Source: Malacoraja senta (lineage: Eukaryota). Taken from it: DNA of 64,000 nt. The position numbers were made by a program, and so were the translations under genes. The stretch's first letter is position 1. Each line of letters starts with the position of its first letter. The stretch is from the NCBI GenBank assembly GCA_038087875.1, contig CM075997.1:4094001-4158000 (forward strand), given 5' to 3'. Below are positions 47,758 through 62,199 of the stretch, piece after piece. The notes under the pieces are model-generated. The model was not told the DNA's origin and did not search any database. It was given only the letters and a program-made list of their open reading frames with translations.

Positions 47758-50700
47758 CTAAAACGGACATTTAATTTGAGAGGCTAAATAATAAAACTTC
47801 ACAAATTTGCACGATTTAATTCTGGTGATTTGCTGAATGTGTTTTTTATAGCCAATCAAATATGGATCTTAAAGACATTGGGTGTATGAATATGAGAAAC
47901 ATCCTGCATATATTTGGGCTTGGGTTCAATAGCACTCATGAAAATAAAAGCAATATATAAAATTCAGTCCAAAAAACGAAACAGTAACCTATGAGCCAGC
48001 ATCTTCCAGTTGCATGCAATCACGATTAGCATGGCAGCCAGCACTAGATCATAAAATGTGTGACCATACTTAATAGAAAACAGACATGCGATGTGGGATA
48101 GAATATAGAATACAGAACGGAAACAGGCCCTTCAGACCAAAATATGTGTGGAACGGTGCCATGATAGGTCGATAAACATATTCTAGAAAAAAACCTACAC
48201 TTCAGTCACAATATTCGGACTATATAGTACAACACGGAACACGATAATTTGAATCCAGCAACATCAATCAAATAATCGAATCAAGACCATGCCAGTCGAG
48301 AGGATCAATTTCAAGTGACATGGCACTTTTTTTAAACCAAACTTCAATCTATGGAATGTATTATAGATCAACAGGATGACGGGATACATTTTTAAAAGAC
48401 TCAGCTTAAATTCTATTTGTAATTCTCTATTTCCCTTCCAAGAACAGGATACCTGCTGTGTTACTCCAGCTTCTTGTGTCTATTGATGAAGAGGTGGCTC
48501 TGCAAGAAGGATTAGAATGGATTATCTGATTCTACGACTCTAATTGTTGATGTGGGTGAGAGGCCAGTAAAAAATTAAAAAGCAAATGTCCCCATCAGGA
48601 TTCTGGAGGAATGGGTGCTGCACTCTGTGGGTACAGACGTCAGATGAGCTAACCTGCAAAGAGCAGCCTGCTGCATTGGGATATGAAGATGGTAAATCAC
48701 TGCTGCACGAAGCATCACTATCTGCTGAGAAAGGAACCACCAGCACATGCTTGAGAATTCTAGTGTTGAAGAATTATAATCTACGTCTAATATCATGTAC
48801 AAAAACGGAAAACTAGTAAATAAAATGTAGAAAACCAGTCAAGTAGAGCCCATCTTGAAAACAGAGCAATGCGTTTGGTCCTCGATATGACAGATCCCGT
48901 CTCATCGTCTAATTATTTTACTTTTTCTTCAGTTTAGTTTAGAGATACAGCGTGGAAACAGGCCCTTCAGCCAACCAAGTCCGTACCGACCAGCGATCCC
49001 TGCACATTAACATCACCCTACACACTCCAGGGACAATTTTACATTTATAATACCAAGCCAATTAACCTACAAAGACCTGCAGTCTTTGGAGTGTGGGAGG
49101 AAACACAAGATCTCGGAGAAATCCCACGCAGGTCACGGGGAGAACGTATGAAGTTCATAAAGACAAACGCCCGTAGTCAGGAGCAAACCTGGGTTTCTGG
49201 TGTTGGAAGGCAGTAGCTCTACCGCTGCGCCACTGTGTCGCCCACAAGGACACAAAAATCTGTGCCATGGGAAACACATCCAAAGCCAAGCAACAGGCAG
49301 ATGGCATAGAACTGCATGCAGTCCTGCAAGCCTGGCACGGTTCTTCAACTCCTTATGGGAGATTGAAAATTCTGAAATCTCCCACAAGGAGAACCAGGAA
49401 AAAGTAGAATAGAAGAGCAGACTAGTGAGAAACAAAAACAGAGTTTCTGTACATAAGTAAAAGGCAAAGAAGGTCAGCCGAAGTTAATGTGGATGTCATA
49501 GAACCAAGGCAGGACAAGTTATACAGAGTAAGAAAAGGGCAGAAAATGTTTTATGTATTTTGAGTGACACAGAAAATGTTTGCAAGACAGTGGAGGTCTA
49601 CTGTGAACGAGCAACAGAAAGTCTTCTACAAGATGGCACACAAGGCGCTATTAAACAAAATTGTGAATGATTTGAGAGTAACATACTAGCATATATTGAG
49701 GATTAGTTAATGGAGAGAAAACACAGTGAAATAAATGTTTGGGAGCATGTGATACTGCAAGGATCTGCAGAGGCCCCAGCTGCTCACGATTTATAGTGCT
49801 GATTTGGAAGAGAGCCAAGGCAATATCTCCAAATTTGCTGAAGATACATAACCAGGTGACGGAGTAACTATAAATGGGCTAGATGAATGATAAGGATATT
49901 TTGCATGGAACAATGTGGAAAAACACCAGGTCTCCTCTGGTGATGGGGAAAAATATAGAGGAGGAGGATATTTTTTTTCAATGACGAGAGATTGGAAAGT
50001 GTTGGTTTTCAAAGGGATCTGGATGTCATTGTAGACAAATCACAAAACTTTACGTGACACACAAGTGAGAATGCAAACAATATATTGCACCTCTATTATG
50101 TGAGATTTTGAGTGTAAGAGTAGAGATGTCATGCTATAACTTCACTGGACACGAGGCAAGACTGCATTTGTAAGTGGACAAGTCTAGTCTCCCTTACAAT
50201 GGATCTACTTCTGATGGAGGGAGTACAGGAATGGTTCATAGTGTGGATTCCGGGGATGGAATAAGAGTTGTACTGGTGGTCTTCACAGGAGGAGAATGTA
50301 AGCAGACTGGCTGGCTGTTAGAATTTGTCGAATGAGAGGTAATCTCATGGAAGCATACAACATTCTTACAGCGTTTGACAGGATAGAAATGTTCCCCCTG
50401 GTGGACATCTATGGAACCAAGAGCAAGTTCAGAGGATTGAGAGTGATCTCATTATGTTTTTTTTTACATGCACGGCATGGTAGATGTAGAGTGGGTTTTC
50501 CTGGATGGGATGTCTTGAATCAGAGGGCGCAATTTCAACGTAAAACATCAGCCTTTCAGAGCAGAGATGAAAAGAAATTTCTTCACCCAGGGGGTAGTGA
50601 ATCTTTGAACATTTTTATTGAGGGATATGGTGTTACTGCGCGAGGGTGGTACTTAGGTAAAAAGATAACGAATGGGAGGCTTACAAGAGGCTTAATGGGC

Positions 50701-52321
50701 TACTCCTGCTTTTAAAGTTCTTCATGTTCTCAGTAATGCTCCCTCACACAAAAAAACAAATTATCTTCATCACTCCTTTCAACATTAATACTTTATTGCC
50801 ATCACTTAAGGTCATAAGTGATAGGAGCAGAATTAGGCCATTCAGCCCATCAAGCCTACTCCACCATTCAATCATGGCTGATCTATTTCTCCCTACTAAC
50901 CTTCACCTCATAATATCAAAGAAAATTATCAACATGTATGAGAATAACCTCTTTATTTTAAAAAAATCCTCCTCTGTAAAGCATCAGTAATGTGGAAACT
51001 GCCACTTCTATCACCAGCCATGGCAAAGCTTACAAACGTGAACAACACCATCTATCCAATTACACGGCCACCAAAACAAAAAATAACAATCCTCAAAAGT
51101 CCATTACTAGCAAAATCAGTTTTTAGACAAGCCTGATCAATCTGGAAAGCTTTTTCCATTAAATCTCAAGAAGACCAAAATATCTACAAATTCATTGAGT
51201 GTATTTTACATCCGGTCACAGACTGATTCGACATTTCAATGCTTATGACAGCATACATTGTGGTGGTGCATCACTTCATTCAATTGCCGTTAGTGTCTCA
51301 CTGGAATTGCACAATGAACAAAGGCAGAATGGAGATTCTGGGAAAATAACTTTCACCAACGGCTTTCCCTCAATATGATTTTAATTGTCGGGCACAATTT
51401 AATATAAAAAACTAATACCAACACTGATCAAAGTGACGGGTGTTAAGTCAAAATAACAAAGCAAAAGGGATCAACTGACGAGTCACATTACTTGATATTA
51501 ACTACTCGGGATCAAAGCAAGTCAACAGCCTAAAACTAATGTTGTACACTTCAGCTGGAGGCACTAGTGATTTCATAACTAACTAATAGACAAGAAATCT
51601 AATGATAAAAGACTGCATTTAGTACCTTTCTAAACTTATGTCACAGGATATCATTAAAACCATGATTTGAACAGAAAACAATCTAGTTTAGTAATAAGAT
51701 ACCTGATGAGATGGCTAATTCAAAGAAAATATAGAGGAACTAAACAGACAAGATCTAAGAATTAAGAATAGTCCTGCCAGGAAATTAAGGAGCAAACCCA
51801 AATCAAAACACGGACAGAGGATAGAGCTCGATTTGTCAAGGAACTGCTTCGGTCTTCTTTCAGCAGCTTCTGTCAAGAAGCATGCCAATGGAATTGGAAC
51901 GCAAATCCCAATGTGTTAGAAAAGCCTGCACTGCATCCGATTGTAAGAATAATGCATAGAAAATAATCTAAATAAATTATTTTTACTTTCCATTCTTTTC
52001 ATAAAAGAACTCAAATTCTTGAAATGAATTTGAACTCAAAGTCGGCGTCATCACTGACACAACTCTAAATTGTGTTAGTTTCGAAGCATGATTCTCTTTC
52101 AGTTCGCATAATGGATTCAACCGAATAAGTTTTGACCTAGAAAACTAGCTGGCACAATACTTCCACCAAAGCACAGCATAAATCCACATCGTATAATCTA
52201 AGTCACTAATTTAGATACCTGAAACAAATGAAGGGTTAAACATAAAACAAACCCCAAACCAAATTCAAAATAATGAATAAGCATTTATGGATTGTAAAAA
52301 GATTAGAATTAATTTGCTTAC

Positions 52322-52421
52322 CTAACTGCGTACTGCATGAATCAAGTGACCAGCCAACACGAACGACATGGGGATCGGGCTCGGTTGAAGGGAGATGCTT
52401 AACTGGAATCTCTTCGTTAAT
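52322..52421 (-). CDS. HNRNPUL1: hnRNPUL1 exon 6 (SPRY)
   Basis: 100 nt; [41 protein letters not shown]. Confidence 0.97.
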
Positions 52422-53421
52422 CTAGAAACAAAATTGGGAATTGCTAAAACTTAATTAGTATTACATACTAAATTACTAACTGAATTTAAAATGGAAGAAT
52501 GACAACATAGATTCAGAATTAAAAGAGTCAGTTCAGCAAAGAGCACAACAATCACCATCTGTGTAAAACTGTTTCTACAACAATTCAATGCTAAATAGTT
52601 GATTCACAAAACTGGAGTTCATTTCCACTACTGTTTCTCTACATATTTCTAATAGATTGCTTATTTCCTCCTGTCACCAAAGAAACATTGCTTATATCTC
52701 AAACACTGATGCAAGGCATAAACATAATATTAAGCTATTAAACTGGAAGGGCATCACAACCAACTGTCCTCCATATCCACACACAATAACTTCCAGCAAA
52801 AGTCAATGGATAACTATTAGAAAAGGGAACCCAAATTAAGATTCTATCTTTAAAACTGAGGGACTAAGGCTATTTGTAATATCTCAGATGAACTCAGCAT
52901 GACTGAATCTGGGCCTTTCTACTCTGGACACCTCAAATATCCATTGAAACGTTTGGTTACAAGGAGTCAAAGCACCAAACTCACATGGTATTTTCTCTAT
53001 GCACCGTGGGCAGCTTCTGAAGAGAAATCCCATACTTTTCAGTTTATAAGTTGTTAACACAAAAAACTTCTCAACCACCAAAACTCAGTGGAATACAAAT
53101 GAGTTTCACATACTCTTAGAATTTAATCTATGAAGAGCTCGATGCCGTCTTGTGAACTTATGGTGTTCCTTTACAATATCCACATTTTTTTTGAAGTTTG
53201 GTGCCCAACTGAATATACTGAGCCAGCTAAATTCTGATTAAAGCAATTAATGGCATAATTATATCCCTCTTTCCAACATTCTAATCAAAGCTTAGCACCG
53301 TCATTGAAATCTTTTAATTTTCCTTGCTAACTTTTTACTCCCCTATAGGCAGATATGCAGCTCACTGCATTGTGTAATCTTTAAACTGGAAAACAACTTT
53401 TCTTCCTTCTAATGCATTATA

Positions 53422-53480
53422 CAGTGAACCCTTGTTTTAACCAACCCCTTTATAACAGATTTTGGTTAAAGCGGACGGAT
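53422..53480 (+). mobile_element. Tigger/pogo-like terminal remnant (GC-rich sequence follows to ~53810)
   Basis: TA|CAGTGAACCCTTGTTTTAAC start; no matching right end found. Confidence 0.35.
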
Positions 53481-55962
53481 CTGCCGATGCCACCTTCGGT
53501 TAACACCGCCTCCCAGCTACATACAGCCCTGACTTCCAACGCCACCCCTGGCTCACAAGATGCACCAGCCCCAGGGAACAGCGGAGCGGGGTATGGACAA
53601 AGCGACGGCCGACAGGAAGAGGCGGCAGCAGCTGGTGAAAGGGGAAGGAGCCCCACTATGACCGAGCGCAACTTGTCAATGGGAGCGGCCTGAAGGAAGA
53701 GCTGACGACCAGGGACTACAGCATGAGCCGCAACAACAGCCATGTCAACTGGACCAAGCGGTGGTTTGCGAAGAAGTACTCGCTGGTGTAGACCAGAGGC
53801 ATCGGCACCTAGTTTTAAGGTGAAATGACACAGTGCTAGAGTAACTCAGCAGACTGAATCAGTCTGAAGGGTCCCGACGTCACCTATCCATGTTCTCCAG
53901 AGGTGCTGCCTGACCCGCTGAGTTACTCCAGCACTCGTGTCCTTTTGTGTATTAACCATCATCTGCAGTTCTTAGGTTCATCTACGTACTATGATTATAC
54001 CTTACTCATTTATCCCGGACAGTCGGCAATGATGAACACCATCCCCCCGCCCCCCCTTAACATGGAACTGAAAATACAAAATGTAATAGAAAACAACTCA
54101 GGCTTGCATAATTGTTAAATAGCTTATATCCCATATGGCACCATCCAACAAGTACTTTTACCTTGCTGATCCACTACATAAGCTTGGTCACTAAGGGATT
54201 TAGTGAAATATTCTGACACAAGTGCAAAACCCCCCCAATTCATAGCAGAAACACCTGCACTGCAGGAATGTTATAAATCTGAGATTAATCCAAAGTAAGA
54301 AAAGGTTTGGAGGAAATCTCACTCTCGTACCTTTCATAGTCAATCTCAGCCTTGACATATAATTTACAGTTAACGAGTTTACCATTGCCAATAACCTGCA
54401 ACATGAATATCCTACATGATTTCTGTAATTAAATATTGCAATGTAATAGTTGGACAGCTATTGTCCAATATCAAAACAGGCAATTAACTTGCAAATTTTA
54501 AAGTGGCATTACAACAGAAAGCTACAAAATGCTCTTATAACAGCCTTAATAACCCACCTGTATAAAGCCTAATAGGACAGTTGAGTAATGAAATGAATGA
54601 GTTGGTCCAGGATGAAAGCTTTCATAATTAAAGTTAGGATATTATTCCTTTTGCCTCTAAGATCTTGAGAAAACTGAAAGGCTGCATAAGAAAATGTCCA
54701 TTCCAAAAGCGGTTCTTGCAAAATAAATGGTTTTGCTCTTTGCTTGCATAGCTTGTCATGATCTCCCTTCGCAGGTAAAGCTAGCAAATGGGCAAGTCAT
54801 CACTGCAACATTTTAACAAAGGAAGTGTTCAGATCAACATCAGAGCTGCTTCGCTTTGCATCTGGATGCAGAACCTCCGTCATTCACTTACTGGCAAATA
54901 AGTAATGACCCAAGAGAACTTTTAACATTCCATGTAAATTACTTCACCCACTGATGCACGACCAACTATTCATTACCCCCATTCCATCCGCTCAAATACA
55001 AAAACATATCAGTATTTATCCAATCTGTTATTAAATAGTTCCACCAGAAATATCGGCAACCTTCTAAGCCATCATAATCAAATCCCTACCGTCGCCAGAT
55101 TACTCGTATTAAATCACATTCCTTTTTCACTTATGTCCACAATGAATTATGCCAAATCCCTGCCCCTCATAGCAATTAATTTAGTGTTAACAACCCATGT
55201 CACACCCTAGATCCATTACAAACTTTCATACCCATTGCTCTCCAAAGCTGTTCCGCTGTACTTTGACCATTCTTTGCTCAGCACCGTAGAGTTTTCAAAA
55301 ATAACTAAATTCCTCACCTCCACCATATTGAGTAACATCTTTCATGATCTGTTACAAGATCCTCAAAACCCATTCCTTCACCATCTCAAGCTCAAGTTGC
55401 ATTAAGGCTACTGTATCGTTCAAAGTTGACTTTGCTGAAGTGAGTATGTTTCTTTGGTACCTGTTAACATTAGGCTGGGTGCCTTTTCTGCCTTCCTAGG
55501 AATGATACAACGACTACATTGAACAGGACGGAGCTTTAGAAAATGCATTACTAAAAATACAGTTCCATTAAAAGTTTGATTATTTGCAGGGCAACTTTAA
55601 ATGTGGAATAATAACTTTTGCCTAAATCTCAATGGAAACGTGGCTCAATACGGGGAGTTCCAAGATAGCACAAGGAAATCCAGGGATTCAGAAATGATAC
55701 CACCCCTCCCACCCTGAATTCTTACTCCGAACAGCACTACTGGAAGCAGTGAACAAAGTTCAGACACATCACTATTGGCGCAGGAAGGAAGAATCGGGGT
55801 TCTGTAGGGTCACTATCAAGTACATTACAGCAAGTGGCTCATGAGCAACACTGGCAGAGATCCAGGAGCAGTTCACTTGCCTAGCTTGAGGTACTTAGGA
55901 GACACGTACGGGGAGAAAAGAAAATGGGCGTTGCCATGCCCTCAAAAGAAAAATGTAAGTAC

Positions 55963-56102
55963 CTTAACTTCAAAACAAACTCTCCCCTTGTTGACCCCAT
56001 ATGTTGCTCGTGCTCCTGACCACAGATATGCAAATCCTTCAATAGTCAATGGGTAGCCACTCAAGCGGTCTCTAGCTACTTTAAAGTGCAGATCACAGTT
56101 AT
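55963..56102 (-). CDS. HNRNPUL1: hnRNPUL1 exon 5 (SPRY/B30.2 start)
   Basis: 140 nt; [47 protein letters not shown]. Confidence 0.97.
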
Positions 56103-56213
56103 CTAGGATGGAAAACAGGGAAAATGTAAGACAGTGAAACAAGAAAATATTAAATTAAACCAGTTAAGACTAGCCTGAAAATAGGTGTTACCAAGGCACC
56201 ATTTAATACTTAC

Positions 56214-56287
56214 AAGTATCAATGGCCACACAAGTTTCATCAAATTCTTCCTCATCATCCTCTGCAGGTGGCTGGGGAGATTTTGCT
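56214..56287 (-). CDS. HNRNPUL1: hnRNPUL1 exon 4
   Basis: 74 nt, AG/GTAAGT; AKSPQPPAEDDEEEFDETCVAIDT. Confidence 0.95.
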
Positions 56288-57446
56288 CTGTCAAAAGGTC
56301 GTGAAAAAATATTGTTGTTATCAGCTCCATAAAGAACAACTGCATACAGGCTCAATTCATGATCGGAGATGACAACTTTTTCACCACTTTTTAGTCCTTT
56401 TGGCAAAAGATTCCCAAGTTAAAACCTTTGATTTGACTTTTTATTATCAACCAAAATTGCTCAGACATATTTATGGTGTATATTGAATAAAATTCCATTC
56501 TCTTAACCGTCCTACTGATTTCTTATTCCATAGCAAGACCAAAACTTTAAGAAAACAAACCTAATTCTAATTTTAAACCTAATCTCTAATTTCAGGATGT
56601 CCCTACTTTCTCCTCCCCTTCTCAGCTCCCCCCTCAGCCCACTGGCTCCACCTCTTCCTTTCTTCTTCCCGCCCCCCACCCCCCATCCTCACATCACTCT
56701 GAATGGTCTCAACCTGAAACGTTGCCTATTTCCTTCACTCCATAGATGCTGCCTCATCCGCTGAGTTTCTCCAGCATTTTTGTCTACCTTCGATTTTCCA
56801 GCATCTGCAGTTCCTTCTTAAACCTTTGAACGGAATGTTTTAAATATTCACCTTTGGCACTAGTCTGTGACCCAAAGGATCAGTCCTCAGGAAACTGAAT
56901 ATTACACTGATTACACATGACCTATTACAGTCACTCTCCAGCACAGGGAGAAATTATCATTCAGTCTACCCAACTGCTCTAGGCCAAGAACAACAAACAT
57001 TGAAAACCCCAACCAAAGTAAAACCACCACATTATAAACCACCATACATCCTTCCCACCAAGAAAGCAGCAATGGGAAATGAAAACACAACTCGATTATT
57101 TCTACTTGTTCCATCATGACATTCTGAGATGCAACTACAAGGCAAGAACTATTTTCAGGGATAATCTTACTGAAATGGGTTAGTCAAACATCGCACAAAT
57201 TTCACTGGCACACTATGAATCTGTTACCTTTTCCATTCAGAACAGTGGTTGAAATGAATGAGCCAACTATGGAGATAAAGTGAATGATCTTCAAATTAAA
57301 GTCATTATTATCGTGTAATTCTTTAACAATAAACTCGAGGGGATTTAAACCCAGAGAGCAGACGTTTCCTGCATTTACAAAACCAAATCCTCAGCAAAAT
57401 GGGTGGTCCTGATGAAGACTAGCTTAGTTATTATAGTGTTACTCAC

Positions 57447-57576
57447 CGACCATAACTCCTGTCCTCTCTGTATTCATAATATCCATGCCCTTGGTCAGAA
57501 AAGGGTCTCTTTCTGCTTGGCGGTTTGATTGCAGATTGATCGAGAAATTCTTCCTTAACTGCAACTGGTTGAAATT
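57447..57576 (-). CDS. HNRNPUL1: hnRNPUL1 exon 3
   Basis: tag acceptor, GTGAGT donor, 130 nt; EFQPVAVKEE...RKRPFSDQGHGYYEYREDRSYGR resembles the RKRP..GY.E.REDR motif of hnRNPUL1. Confidence 0.88.
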
Positions 57577-60372
57577 CTATACAAACAATATTGTATATTA
57601 GACAAGTCGCTCCATCTACTGCAGGTCTTGTTCAGAGCCTGAAGCTGCCATACAGACAGATTTCAAGTGATTAGAATATACATTTCCATCAGAGAATAAT
57701 AAGAGTGGATAAAGAAGAAAATTAGTCATGCAATCTGTTGTAATTACAACAATGGTCAAATACAGCTCCGGAGACAGTTCGGAAATGTATTTAAATCCAA
57801 GCGGACATTGGAAATTAATGCCCTTACCAAGACAGAGCTCACCAAGACAGATGCTCAGATTCTGACTGTACTAAATTAACTTGCCAACTGAGAGTTTTAG
57901 GCACCATCCCAAATTTAGTATTGCTAATAAAATGATACATGTTATTAGTTTTGCCCTGGTTTTAATACTTGAATAGAGCAAAATCTCTGGGGTACAGCTT
58001 CTCTACTGTTTAGATAACAGACCCGCAAAGTTTCACAAAGATTTGTATGACGCAAGGGCTTGCATCTATTTGGTGAGCCAAGTACAACATCACCATGCAT
58101 TCAGTTTCTGAATTGAAATGACTGGTCTATGCACAGCTATGCACAGATAAAGCTACACGCTATCCTGCAAGGAACAAAGGCTCACTGACAGTTGGTTTTG
58201 GCACAGAGATTAAAGAAATATCTGAAGGCCTTAAAAACATGATTGGCTTGAAAATGCACGGGTGCCATACTGCAGTGATGGAAACTCACTCAATTACAAT
58301 ATTAGAAACTAGTGAATAGCAAACATATCCTACAATTCTCCCATGGAGAGATTGGGAAATCAGGAACAAATTAGTAATACTGCTTGGAAGCAATGTTGAA
58401 AGTTAAAAAGGAAATTATATGGTAACTATAGCAACAAAATATGGTGGAAATATACAACTAAGAAAACGTTCCATCAGGAGCAGCTTTAAAATATTTCTGG
58501 TTACAGGGTTCTAAAAATAAAATCAGGGTATAGGAAAGCTTGGTTTTTAATAGTTGAGGTATAATCTAGCGTGAAAATTAACCAGCAGATTTGAATTATT
58601 AATGTTTCCCAGACAATTTTCGACATTAGACAAAAGAACATTCTAGTGGACTTTCAACTGTATGGTTAAGGATGTCATTGATAGTTGTGGATTAAAATGG
58701 ACATAATATTATCGACAGTAATGAGCAGAGAGATTGGACAGTTTTCCAACGAATGATCTGAAAAACATGGTAGGGAAAAGATAGATTAAATTGTCAAAAA
58801 TATGTCATGGGATAGCTTTGGCAGAGATTAAGGAGACTTCAACGTGATTTTAAGGAAGGAAAAAGAATAGGAGCCCTCAGAGACTAAGTGGACACCTATG
58901 TGTGGAGATGCAGTAGATGAACACTTCACTTCAACTTTTACTGTGGAGAAGGACTGAGGGAACGCGGGAAAGATCATGGGGATGTCTTGGAGAGAGTATG
59001 TATTAGAGGTGGTGCTGGATGAAGATATCTCTAGGTAAATATTCGGATTTGGATCAGGTACATCCAGAAATTGAGAGAAACAGATATTGCAGAAGGTACA
59101 CAAAAATGCTGGAGAAACTCAGCGGGTGCAGCAGTATCTATGGAGCGCAGGAAATAGGCAACATTTCGGGCCGAAACCTTTCTTCAGAAATTGTAGAAGC
59201 CCTGGCTGAGATATCTTCATCATCATTAACATGGATACAGCCCCAGAAGACTTGAAGTTTGTAAATATCATGCCTTTATTCAAGAAAGGCTATAAAAAAA
59301 CCTGGGAATAATAGACCAGCAAGCCAAATATCTGTGTTGGTAAATTTCACCCAGGAATTCTGAGGGATAATATATACATATACATTTGGAAAGAGGGGTT
59401 GATTAGGAACAGTCAGGAAGCTTTAGTGTGTGGGAGTCTAGTCTGATCATTCTGAAGAAAATCCCGACCTGAAATATCACCTATTCATGAAGATAGGCAC
59501 AAAGTGCTGGAGTAACTCAGCGGGTCAGGCAGTGTCTCTGGACAAAAAGGATGGGTGACATTTTGGGTTGGAACCCTTATTCAGACCTATTCATGTTCTC
59601 CAGAGATACTGGCTGACCCGCTGAGTTATTCCAGCACTTTGTGCCTGTCTGGTTATGAACACAGGCAGTCCCTGGGTTCTGTTCCAGAGAATTGTTCAGA
59701 AGCCAATTTCTCTGTTAAATCAGAAAGCTCAATTTTCTATAGCAACCCACATCATATCACTCTATATACTCGCTATAATTCTCTAATTGAATAATCACCC
59801 TACTACCTATAATTGAAATAAAGAAATACATAGCGCATCCAGTCACAAATAAATAATCTGAACTAGGTTACTGTTATTATTATTAGCAGCAAAAATGCTT
59901 TAAACGTGTGGGAAACTTTGAGCAAAGTCGGATTTTTGCGTCAGACCAATCATAACACAGGTTGAGATTGATAACTTTTTGGGAATCAAGGAAAATGTGG
60001 CAATTAATGCAGCCAATGTACAGGATGACCATGGTCTTACTAAAGAGTGGAGATGTCCAACATAGCTTACATATGCTTTTAAAGATTGCTAACTTAATCG
60101 GCAAACCATAAACAAATAGATATATTCACCTAACTAGGTATTCAAATTGCAGAAACTAATCTAATTTAAGTATGATACAAACTAACTGCACTTAACAAAA
60201 ACATCCATGGACAGGTGTGTGTTTGTTTAATGGTCTTCCGATCATTCATACTGAGCGTATGAAACTAGCTAATCAGGAACTTTGGTCAAAAGACTGGTAA
60301 TTAAAATCTGCATTCCACAAAAAATAAAAAAATAAAACGTGTGTTTAAGATAATTCAGAACAACAGGCTTAC

Positions 60373-60531
60373 CTTGCTTTGTTGTAGCTGCTTGCTCGAT
60401 GGCTGGTGCCTCCCAGCTTCTGTCGACATTTCCTTGCCTGGACCCTCCAAAATCACTGCATTGATTATCACACTGATTATAAGAGTTCACAGTACCATCA
60501 TAATTTGAATCACCAGTATTAGTCCCATCAT
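60373..60531 (-). CDS. HNRNPUL1: hnRNP U-like 1, exon 2 (presumed numbering); acidic/low-complexity linker
   Basis: ttctttcag acceptor, GTAAGC donor, 159 nt, phase 1-1, joins in frame with the next exon (DDGTNTGDSNY...ATTKQ); poorly conserved sequence. Confidence 0.75.
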
Positions 60532-60744
60532 CTGAAAGAAATTGAAAATAAACCAAACTGAAAAGATACAGATAGAATTTTAAAAGAATAATGCATTTCA
60601 TTGACCGACCGGTCTGTTCAATCTTTTGACATACAGATTTGGTGCACTGTAAACGCCCGTTAAATAATCACTAAACAGCCTTCCTTATGTCCATCTTAAA
60701 GTTCTCACTTGAAAACTAGGTAATTGGTTTTATTGTCCTGTTAT

Positions 60745-61422
60745 GAACACTTGTCCCTATACCACCTCCCACAACTCTGTCCAGGGACCCCGACAGTCCT
60801 TTCAGGTTAGGCAGAGGTTCACTTGCACCTCCTCCAACCTCATCTACTGTATCCGTTGTTCAAGATGTAGACCGTTGTACATCGTCGAAACCAAACACAG
60901 AAAGAACTACCGTTTTGCGGAACACCTTCACTCAGCCCATCTGAACCTACCTGATCTGCTGGACACTTTAATTCTCCTTCCCATTCCTCTACAAACCTTT
61001 CTGTCCTAGATCTCCTCCATTGTCCGAGTGAAGCTAAACGCAAATTGGAGGAACAGCATCTCATATTTCGCTTGAGCAGCTTATAGCCCAGTGGTATGAA
61101 TATTGATTTCCAGCAGCCCCGGCATTCCCTCTCTCTCCATCCCTCCCACCCAAGTCGCACTAACTTCCCATTTTCACCCTACAAATAGCTAACAATGGCC
61201 TGTTTCCTTAATCATCGTTACTTCTTTGCATATCTTTCATTCATTGTTCTTTATCTCTCCACATCACCGTCTATAACTCTTATTTCCTTTATACCAAACC
61301 AGTCTGAAGAAGGGTCTCGACCTGAAACGCCACCCATTCCTTCTCTCCAGAGATGCCGCCTCTGTCACTCCAGCTTTTTGTGTCTATCTTCGGTTTAAAC
61401 CAGCATCTGCAGTTCCTTCTTA
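60745..61422 (+). mobile_element. Degenerate Penelope-like GIY-YIG fragment and tail
   Basis: QGPRQSFQVRQRFTCTSSNLIYCIRCSRC..YIVETK, frameshifted; same tail as the 6104 copy. Confidence 0.85.
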
Positions 61423-62199
61423 CAAATTGCTTTTATTATTTGTAATCCAGTAAGAAATGTTATCTCGCACCGCTAAAGACAAGACTGGATGCCAAACCAG
61501 CCAAGGAGATATTTGAACTAAAGGCATTGTTTTTATATGGAACCGCATCAGCTTTATAAAACGTGGGTAAGGCACAATTTGGAGTTATTGTTGCCCCATT
61601 ACTGGAAGGTTTGGAGAGGGTGCAAAAGAGGTTTATCCAGTTAATCCCTGGAAGTTTTCTGATCAGCCTGAAGGCAAGTCACGACCCAAAACATCGTCCA
61701 TCCAATCCCTCTACAGATGCTGCCTGACCCGCCGAGTTCTTCCAGCACTTTTGTGTTTTGCTCAGAAATTATATCTCATTCGTTTCAAAATTCAGTGACC
61801 ATCTGTCCCATCTGATCAACTGGAGCCAAGAACTTCGGGTTCTGACCAAGTCTAGTAACATTTTGATTATACAAAAGAGAACTCCCGACCTATCCGCACA
61901 CTGGAAGTATCTTCACACAGCTACAGAAGATGCCACCATCTTTTCCAAGGCTACAGGATCAAGCCAAACAAGATTTAACCACAACATCTAAATTAACAAT
62001 CTAGGATGGCATCAATGTATTACTAGACTGGTGATCCTGCATGAATGCTCAAGATTACATAGCACTTTAAGACAACCTAGAATTTTTTTCCTGGTATGCC
62101 CATCCTCAACCACCTTCATTAAGTTCTGATCATACATCTTTCCAGAGTGGGAATTTGCATTTAGATTGCTGCCCTCTTCAAAGTTACACCTTTCAGACA

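Noticed and set aside
28387..60531. HNRNPU or HNRNPUL2 instead of HNRNPUL1
   Set aside because: [61 protein letters not shown] and the C-terminus match hnRNPUL1 as I recall it.
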